DNA of 64,000 nucleotides from the human T2T-CHM13v2.0 reference genome, Homo sapiens. Numbering within the stretch: position 1 is the first letter of the stretch; each line of letters starts with the position of its first letter. The translations under genes and the position numbers were made by a program. Under the pieces are notes generated by a model. That model was not told the DNA's origin. It worked only from the letters and a program-made list of their open reading frames with translations, and made no database searches. This document shows, one piece after another, positions 54,312 through 64,000 of the stretch. The stretch lies in NCBI RefSeq assembly GCF_009914755.1, contig NC_060943.1; one strand, 5' to 3'.

Positions 54312-54615
54312 TAGGGCCTTATTCTAATGCAATGGAAAGCTGCCATGGAAGGGTTTTAGGCAGGGTAGTGGCCGGACCAGATTTCTGTTTAAAAAATCAC
54401 TCTGGGTGCTTTGTTGCAAACATTCTGCAGTGGAATCAGGGAGATGCACAAGGAGGCTGATGGAGCAGTTCAGGTGAGAGATTACAGCAGCTTGGACCAG
54501 GGGGCAGTGGAGGTGGAGACACCGACTGAGTTAGCATCTGTTTTGGAGGCAGAGTCAACACAGTTACAGGTTCAGAAGTTAAGGGAAGGAAAGAAAATTA
54601 AGAATGACTCCTGGT
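54312..54615 (-). mobile_element. L2 fragment
   Basis: GGAAGGGTTTTAGGCAGGG...AAAATCACTCTGG.TGC...CAGGTGAGAGAT...GCTTGGACCAGGG. Confidence 0.75.
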
Positions 54616-54716
54616 TCAACCAGTACCTTCTGTGTGCAATACCCTAAATGCCCTGCCCATAGTCACCCAACACACCTAATGCGCTGGTGGCACTACTGGC
54701 CTCTGGGCTCTGGGGT

Positions 54717-55383
54717 TGCTATGAACTGAATTCTCCCCCTCCTAAAATTCATATGTTGAAGCCCTAACTTCCAATGTGACTGTCTTTGGAGATAGTGTCT
54801 TCAGGAGGTGTATTAGTCCATTCTCATGCTACTAATAAAGATATACCTAGGATTGAGTAATTTATAAAGGGAAGAGGTTTAATTGACTCATAGCTCAGCA
54901 TGGCTGGGGAGGCCTCGGAAAATTTATAATCATGGCAGAAGGGGAAGTAAACATGTCCTTCTTCACATGGCAGCAGCAAGAAGTGTAGAGCAAAAGAGGG
55001 GAAGCCCCTTATAAAACCATGCTCTTCACAAGAACAGCATGGAAGTAAACGCCCTCATGATTCAATTACCTCCCACAGGGTCCCTCCGCAACATGTGGTG
55101 ATTATGTGAACTGCAATTCACTATGAGATTTGGGTGGGGACACAGCCAAACCATATCAGGAGGTAATTAAGGCTCAATGAAGCCAAAAGAGTGAGGTCCT
55201 AATCCCATAGGATAGAAGGGAGGGGGGTCACCAGAACCCCACCATGTTGGCTCCCTGATCTTGGACTTCTGATCTTGGACAGTTCTGAGGCTTGGACTTC
55301 CAGGCTCAGAACTGTGAATTTCTGCTGTTCTGTTGTTCAAGTGGTGCAGTCTATAGTATTTTGTTATGGTAGCTGACTAAGAT
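54717..55383 (+). mobile_element. MLT1A-type LTR interrupted by THE1
   Basis: TGCTATG.ACTGAAT...AAAATTCATATGTTGAAGCCCTAAC; end TATTTTGTTATGG.AGC..GACTAAGA; GGGGT on both flanks. Confidence 0.85.
54809..55158 (-). mobile_element. THE1 (C/D-like) solo LTR nested in MLT1A
   Basis: TGTATTAGTCCATT...ACAGCCAAACCATATCA; 5-bp TSD GGAGG. Confidence 0.93.
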
Positions 55384-55852
55384 GGGGTCCTACTGCCGTG
55401 TTGAGGTTTGCCCTCCCCTTCCATCTTCCATAGCATGGAGTGTTGGGGGCCAAGGAGAGGCTAATTTTAATAGAATGGAAGTCCCCCAGAAGCCAACAGC
55501 CCTGGCCTATACTCTCCACCTTGCAGAGGGGACCCTCTCACCCCTCCTGGTTCTATTGCCAGCTGGCCCATGTGTCTACTTATAAGCCCCATCACTTATG
55601 CTTACAAAGCATCCAATGTTCCCAGGAGTATCTTCACTACCCATCGAAAAAAGAAAAAGAAAAAACTCCTATGCCAAAGAACCTGGAAGAAGGTATTAGT
55701 GGTATGAAATATTCTGGATTAAGACAGTAACTCTTGCAACTTTGAGTCATCCTATAACCTGACCCTGCACACTGTGCAGGTGGTTGGAATACTGCTTTGT
55801 TGTTGATAAGGCAATCCATAAACTTGTGTGTCCACATGCATAAGACACATGA

Positions 55853-56568
<716 letters not shown>

Positions 56569-57118
56569 TAAAGGCAAGAACACAGCCCTGGGACCCAAAT
56601 AAAGACACAATTAGCAAGAGGAATACAAGACCTCGTAGAGGGAATACCTTGTGTGCCGGGGCTTGAAGATCAAGGTGGATTTCTACAGGCAGAAAATTAA
56701 CCTGTGTCCCTTTTCTTTGGGTCTGCCTGGTGAATGGAGGCTGTGGTCACTTGAACCCATCACCTTTTCAGTATTTGCCAACATGCATGAGCTGAGAGCC
56801 ATCCACTCCAGGATCTCCCGTGATGAGTCTGCCCAAAGTCCTGGGCTTCCCTCTCCACGTGTGCAACTGCTGTAAGCCGCTCTGCTACTTGAAGAGCCGG
56901 GTCTCTCTCCTGACCAGCAGACCCCTCAGCAGCTGTGCACCATCACAGCACCAGCCCCCTCCCCATTGTCACTGCCAAGCTCTCCCTGAGGGCTTGCCTG
57001 GAGCCACACTGCACCTCTCAACCCTAGGTACCTGATGTCCAAGCAGGCAACTGTAAGGGAACACTGCAAAGAGAGAGAAAGTGGAGACTCCAGTCTGTCC
57101 CCGACGCTGCCCAAGGGA

Positions 57119-57170
57119 AGGGACATCTGGAGACTGGCACAGGGACATCTGGAGACTGACACAGACTGGC
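57119..57170. repeat. 22-bp tandem duplication
   Basis: AGGGACATCTGGAGACTG(G/A)CAC x2 plus a partial AGACTGGC. Confidence 0.93.
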
Positions 57171-57736
57171 CCCTGCACAGAGCGCCCTGAGCCCTACAGC
57201 TTCAGAGCCTCAGCATGATTCTACGAAGCAGATGCATTTTCATATTCATTTTACCAGGAGAAAACCATGGTTCAGAGAGTCAGCATAAATCCCCAAAGAG
57301 GCCACACAGCCATAACACGTCCAAGTTGATGTTTGGCTCCAAGCTCCTCATGGTTTTCAGGCACCCAGTGAGGAATGTACACCCTGACATTCACTCATGC
57401 ATGTGCACCGAGCACCCGCGTCAGCTAGTGGGGCTGCACGGAGGGCTGTGCCCTGTCGCGCTCCATCCTGCTCTCGCCCTCAGAAGCTAGGGTGAACCAA
57501 GAGTGCGACTGTGATTGGAAGAAGCATTTGGGCATGACTACTGCTACAATGATATTACACACACCTATGTAGGACGACGTCACAGTGTCACCTGTGCTGG
57601 GGAAGCATAGGGAACACACTGTGTGTTCATCACAGTCACAGGGTGGCTGCCTCTTCTGTGCACTTTCTCCTCGAACCCAGACCATCTCCCACCCTCATCA
57701 CAGATTTCAGACCCTGACCACCCCTCTGGCCCCAGG

Positions 57737-57848
57737 TAGGGTGATCAACCACCCAGCTTGCCCAGGACTAAGGGGGTTCCCAGGATACAAGCTTTCAGTG
57801 TTAAAACCCAGAAAGCCCTGGCAAACCAGGACAAGTTTGACAATGCTA
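57737..57848. mobile_element. MER81-like hAT MITE
   Basis: TAGGGTGA.CAACC...TTGCCCAGGACT...TTTCAGTG.TAAAACC...GGCAAACCAGGAC. Confidence 0.7.
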
Positions 57849-58050
57849 AAGGCACCATATTGGAGAAGCCCACAGTCCTAGCCCAGGGGCCTCATCCAGG
57901 ACAGAATAAGAGTTGCCTCACCCTGCAGATCTCCACTTCTGCCTGCAGCTTACCAGCAATGGCCAATGCCTCATCCTTAGGGCCAAGCATGCTCTACTGA
58001 GCTACTTTTCAGCTTCATGGGATTTCTCAGCCTCCCCCACAAGCCTTTCC

Positions 58051-58492
<442 letters not shown>

Positions 58493-59346
58493 TAATAAAG
58501 TAGATCCAAATGTTAGGTTGTTCCCTTAATCTGACACTGTGGCAGCTAGTCCCCAGGTTCTTGCATTCACCATTTTTCTATTAATAAGAAAACTTTTTCT
58601 CTGCCTGGCAAGAATGCGAAAGCAAGTTAAAACCTGCTAGGAAACAGAGGCCCACCCATAGGATGGCACGAGAGACCAAGTGAGTTCTAAGAGATGTATT
58701 CTTATCCGAGAGCCCAAAGACAAGAAGCAGACACAGCCACAAGCTCCCAGGTACCCAGCATCCTTGACTTTGCATTTTGACTCACAGACCTACGAACGTC
58801 CAAGACAAAGCAGGAGGGTGGATCCCACAGGGCATAGGTTCTGCTCAGGGTGACCATAGCAGCTGGCTCAGCTGCCCTCCCTCAGCGGGGGTCTCAGGAA
58901 ACACTCTTGCCCTACCAGCCTCCTCCCAGAGAAGCCACGGCTGTCTCTGCCCTTGCAGCCACTGCCAGCCAGGAAGACAAGTTCTGGGCAGAGAGTGAGC
59001 TGGACCCTAGGGAAATGACCCTAGGGAGATTGAGGCTTCATTCCTTTCCAAAGGGTCCAGGGATGCCCTATGACAACGTGTTCCTGCTGTAGGTTATCAA
59101 TCCTAGGGCACAGGTTGCCCAGAGGAGAGAAACAGGGTCCAGGGAATGTTGTTTTCAAAGAAAAGATCATGACATTGCAAACTCATGTTTCAGCAAGGGC
59201 AGCTTGCAGAATACTTAGATCAGCTAACCACCGTCCTCTCTCTTGAACCCCTTCTCTGTCCACGGGGAGGCAATGCCCCCACGTTGCTGTTTAACATTAA
59301 TGTTTAACATTAGCATCTTACTGTTAATAGCAGTAAGAAATTTCTG

Positions 59347-59647
59347 GGCCAGGCACAGTAGTTCATGGCTAGTAATCCCAGCACTTTGGGAAGCCAAGGT
59401 GGGAAGATTGCTTGAGGCCAGGAGTTCGAGACTAGCCAGGGCAACACAGCCAGACCCTGTCTCTACAAAAATTAAATTAAATTTAAAATTAGCCAGGCAT
59501 GGTGGCACGCACCTGTAGTCCCAGCTACTTGGGAGGCTGAGGTGGGAGAATCACTTGAGCACAGGAGTTTGAGGCTGCTGTGAGCCATGATCATACATTG
59601 CACTCCAGCCTGAACAACAGAGCGAGACGCTGTCTCAAAAAAAAAAA
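59347..59647 (+). mobile_element. AluJ
   Basis: Dimer; AAATTTCTGG on both flanks. Confidence 0.94.
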
Positions 59648-61418
59648 TTTAAAAGAAAAATTTCTGGCCCAATAACTTGATCATCTGTGTACATCAAGTA
59701 TGTTCACAGGGTTCAAGGATTCAAGGACAGAGGCAGGAATAGATGACATGGATGCTTCCTCCCAGTCTCTATCCCTCTGAACTTCTAAGCCAGGAAACAA
59801 AAGGTGAGATGCCCACAGGAATCAGGCAGGCAACATAAATGCATGATGTTAGTTACATGTAACAGTGCAAATCAAAGATCTGCAGTGACAGCCAATCAGC
59901 ACAGGCCTGGGAAGGGTGTGTGGAGAGATAGTTATGACTGCAAATTAACAGCATAGCCACATCTAAAAGGAGTAGCCTGACTTCACACCTCTCAATTGCG
60001 GTCAAGAAGAAACGCCCAGGTTTTTCTAAGAGATGCCCAGAATTTGGATGTTTATGTGCAATCTTCTGACTTTGAAATGCTGGCATTTAATTCAGGTTTT
60101 GTTAAAACTCTAAATAGATCCCAAAACCCACCTGGGCCTGAAGACAGCCTATGTGTCGTCTGTCTGCAGCCTCTCCTCGAAATGTTTCACTAGCACCCAG
60201 AGAAAGCTGACCTGGCTGCAGGGGCCCCGGGCAGGCTCACCGCTGTCACATCCCGGGAGATTCCCTGCAGGGACCAGGGCTCCCCTTCTGCCAGGAAAGT
60301 GGCCTATACACATGCAGCACAAGCCAGTGGAGATGGGCGTGGGGCCCCCACTTGGTGGCCCTGCTGTCACCCCAATTGAAATAGGTGTTCGAACAAATTA
60401 AACTCCACACCAAAGTTCTGTTTCCCTGTCGAGTCAGCACCCAGTTCCAAATGTCTATGATTAACACAACTCTTAATGTATCTTTCTAAATGTGAAACCA
60501 TTTTGTGTGCAAATATTGCAGGAACAAGAATTCCTTGGTCCAGCGAGCTCGAGGCTTCCTCTACTGGTTAGAGGCCCTGAGATGAAATTACCCTGAATGC
60601 AATCCTCTTCTCCTATTCTTTTTATCTTGAGTTCCAAATGAAATACATTGGGAAAATAAGATGTGCTGCCAGCTTCTGGGCCAGGGGCCTGAATTCTTGC
60701 AAACAGGCATTTGGCTGAGGGGGCATGGAGCAACCCAGTCTGCCTGTAAATGGTTTGCTTTGGAAGAAATGGCTTTAATTTACTGCAAAGTTTAGGGTGG
60801 CCCTGCAGGTATGGGGTGCTGGCCCCCCAAGGTGTCCAGGAAGGGATGGGGCAGCAAGGTGATGTCAAGTACAACCTCCCAGCTCTGCAGCAACTCAGGA
60901 CCATGAGTTAATGACAGAGAAGTGTGGAGAGCCTCCTCCCATGTGCCCTGGAGCCTCAGCTGCTGCAGAGCCTACACAGAGGTCCTGGCATTCCGACTAA
61001 TCGGGCATTCTTCCCAGTTCTGCTGCCAGCTTGCCCGGTCAGAGCTGAGGCCACAGAGGACCCAGTATTGTCACCAGAGGCACCCTGCCCCAACTCTGAG
61101 TCTCTTCTCTCTGACTCTGGAGCTGAGCCAGCGTCTTGAGCCCATGACCTGTGCAGTACTCAGGCCCCACATTCCTAAATCCAGGCCCTGCCCTGGATTT
61201 AGATGCTCCGCTGTCCTGTCTTGAAATTCCTAATTCATTTTTTAATGAGGAACTTTGTGTTTTCATTTTTATTTTACCCTGGGACCTGCCATGGCTTGGA
61301 GAAATCACACTCTGATTGCCATACTGCTGTGGGGCTCAGGTCTCGAGGCAGCGCCTCACCCCAGGAGACACCGGGGGAAGGTGAGCTGACTTGGAGCCAC
61401 CTTCCCGGCTGAGGAAGC

Positions 61419-61812
61419 TGTATGGTTTGAATGTCCCCTCCAAAACTCAAGTTGAACCTTAATCCCAAATGCAACAGTATTGAGAGGTGAGGCTTTTAAG
61501 AGGTGACTGGATCCTGAGGGTTCTGCCTTTATGAATGGATAAAAGGGCTACTGGATTAATGCAAGGGGAACTGGTGGCTTTAGAAGAAGGGAGACCTGAG
61601 CATAGCACATTTGACACACTCAGCCCCTCACCATGGGACACTCTGTGCCACCTGAAGACTCTGCTGAGAGTCCCCACCAGCAAGAAGGCTCTCACCAGAT
61701 GCAGCCCTTCAACCTTGGACTTCTCATCCTCTAGAACTGTAAGAGACAATTCCCTTTTCTTTATAAATTACCCAGTTATTCTGTTCTAAGCAACCAAAGA
61801 CAGATCAATACA
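61419..61812 (+). mobile_element. MST (MSTC/D-like) solo LTR
   Basis: TG.TATGGTTTGAATGTCCCCTCCAAAACTCA...CTTTATAAATTACCCAG...ATACA; TSD GAA(G/A)C. Confidence 0.88.
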
Positions 61813-62274
61813 GAAACCTCATCTCAAGCTGTTCATGCATGGCTGCAGAGAACTCATCGAGGGCCTAGCTGGAGCCAGAAATGCAGGGAGAGCCCAGAGC
61901 CTGCAAGGAGGGAGAAAGGCACTCTCCAGCACAGGCAGACACAGAGCTGAAAGAGCGGAGTAGCCAGGGGCTGGGTGCCATGGGCTTCCTGGAGGAGGAG
62001 GCTCCCAGATCTAGGACAGAACTGAACAAGTAAACAGGGTTTGGAGAAGCCAGGGAGGCTGGGGTGGGGGGGCCAGGGGGTGGGCAGGGAAGCAAAAGGA
62101 GAATCAGCAGGGTGGAGGGCCCTAGATTGTGCCAGACAGGGGCCACTCCAGCTGCTGCAGGAGTGACTTCACTCACCCTCCCGGGGTTATGCACCTGCCA
62201 CCTCCCAGACATCCCCAGCCCCGCATCTCCCTGCACAATGCCTGCTCTGATTCTCCTTGCAGCCAGGGTGAGAG

Positions 62275-62495
62275 GCAGTCAGCGAACAATGCTATCTGCA
62301 CGTGGTGGCGCCCAAAATACGGCTGTCATTTATTTCGTTATATGAAATTAGAGCACGCCTTGTAGCCATAATGAATCATTTCCTTCCTGCCTGGGCCACG
62401 GTGTCAGGCAGGAGCTCGGCATCCCCCATTCAGGGCCTTTCACTTCATCGCAGGCTAATAATAACCCACGCGGGTGAACACACATCTTCCCGAGA
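62275..62495. promoter_or_regulatory. CpG-retaining candidate enhancer
   Basis: 12 CpGs in ~210 bp; AACAATG, CACGTG, CTGTCATTTAT, CATAATGAAT. Confidence 0.4.
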
Positions 62496-63191
62496 CAATG
62501 GAGGGCCTGGATGGGCATTGGGGTCATGAGTGCAGTGCCCACAGCAGGAGGGGAGAAGGGCCGGGATGGGGCCTGGGCTGGACACTGTGGCTGAAGGAAG
62601 ACAGTGCCCATGGGGAGGGGAAGGAAGGCATCTGGGTGGGCACCCCAAGTGGGAGCTGGGGCACCCAGGTCCCTTTTCTAGCTGATCCCCTCAACAAGGA
62701 CAGGAAATAGCTCCCTCCCCCAACCCCCAGCTATTCTACCAGGATTTTTTCCCAATCATGCCTAGGTCCAGCTCAGAGGCCCTAACCAGAGCCCTCCACA
62801 GCTGGCCTCACTCTTCACTCAGCCCCCAATTTTCAAAGCACTGGCTCCTTCCACAGCTTCATCCCAGCCCCATCCTGGCCTGGGGATCCCAGGAGCCACC
62901 CCCTGCAGCACTGTCTCACCTCACATCCCTGCCTCATGCAGGCTCTGCAGTAGCAGGTGCTCAGCAAATGGATGAGTGTGTCCTGATGGAGCCAAGTCCC
63001 CGGGTAGCTCCCGCTGGGGCTATGACCTGGGAGCTTCATCCGGCCCTGGACAGCAGATGCAGACCCAGGTCCTGCCCTATAGGGCCCGCCCCACCCCCTA
63101 GGTTAAAGGCAAGTCCAGACCATGGGAAAACCATCCTCCCAGACCCTGTGATTATTGTTCGTCTCTTATCCTGAGTATAACCCATAAGGCA

Positions 63192-63489
63192 TTTTATTTT
63201 ATTTTATTGAGACAAGCTCTCAATTCATCTCCCAGGGTGGAGAGCAGTGGCACACTCAAAGCTCACTGCAGCCTCCAATTCCTGGGCTCAGGTGATCCTC
63301 CTGCCTCAGCCTCCCTAGTAGCTGTGACTACAGGTGCTCACCGCCACCACACCTGGCTAATTTTTTATTATTATTTATAGAGACAGGGTCTCACTATGCT
63401 GCCCAGGCTGGTCTCAAACTGCTGGCCTCAAGTGATCCTCCTGCCTCGGCTTCCCAAAATACTGGGGTTACAGGCGTACATGCCCTGCC
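63192..63489 (-). mobile_element. AluJ
   Basis: Reverse dimer; TSD CATAAGGC. Confidence 0.94.
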
Positions 63490-63794
63490 TCATAAGGCCT
63501 TTTCATCACCATCTCCCCAGGAGTAAGCACACTATCTGTCAGTTTTTCTGAATGAAAGAATAAATGAATGAGGGTCAAAGGCCATATGCTAAATGGTATG
63601 GAGGAAACTCCAGGATGAGAGTGACCAGAGAAGGGAGGCTGGTCCCGGGGGAGGTGAGTAGAGGGAATGGCAGGCACACCTGGCCCAGGAGCCTTTGCCT
63701 TTCCTCTTCTGGTTTCAGGCGGCTATGAGCAGCATTGCCTCTTCCCCATGGATGCCTGGTGCGTACAACCCCACTAAACGGCACTTGTGCACCT

Positions 63795-63857
63795 TGCAGC
63801 CTCCAATTCCTGGGCTCAGGCGATCCTCCTGCCTCAGCCTCCCAAGTAGCTGTGACT
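63795..63857 (-). other. 63-bp local copy of part of the neighbouring AluJ (63267-63329)
   Basis: 61/63 identical, sharing private variants; no tail. Confidence 0.9.
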
Positions 63858-64000
63858 CATCTCTGCACCCTAGCCTACTCCGTGCTGTGTCTCTGAAGAA
63901 TTCTGCCCATTCCTGCCTCAGGGCCCACTTAAGAGGCTGTTCCCTCTGCCCAGAACTGCTTTCTCCTTCCCTTCTCCTCCTGATCCCCACCACGCAGCCC

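Noticed and set aside
59288-59336. Short palindromes and a 12-bp tandem (TGTTTAACATTA x2; TTACTG..CAGTAA)
   Set aside because: Too short and AT-rich to distinguish from chance

Overview
Primate genomic DNA, most likely human or great ape (AluY and an L1PA2/3-type 3' end are present). It is non-coding, either intergenic or deep intronic. I find no credible protein-coding gene, RNA gene or processed pseudogene: all listed ORFs are chance ORFs or read through Alu, L1 or simple repeats. About half of the window is recognisable repeats: about 30 Alu or Alu-monomer copies, an AT-rich block of decayed L1 at ~6-24 kb, several L1PA/L1PB 3' fragments (two 5'-inverted), MaLR/ERVL solo LTRs, MIR/L2 relics and hAT MITEs. 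Between them lie repeat-free islands dense in homeobox, Meis, Sox and Fox words, sometimes CpG-retaining (~4.8-5.2, 25.4-26.7, 31.3-32.9, 41.4-42.2 and 62.3-62.5 kb). These look like conserved developmental enhancers; that is inference, and the locus cannot be named from sequence alone. I cannot support a new biological system here. The most unusual directly visible features are rearrangement scars: (1) a two-piece (direct + inverted, ~170 bp each) locally templated insertion at 10.06-10.40 kb; (2) an inverted duplication with fold-back hairpins at 13.4-13.9 kb; (3) a 63-bp local Alu copy at 63.8 kb; (4) a snap-back L1 junction at 46.1 kb; and (5) a TSD-less young/old chimeric twin-primed L1 at 52.9-54.3 kb. 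Repeat subfamily names are by-eye matches to remembered consensus sequences, and the boundaries of old repeats are approximate.
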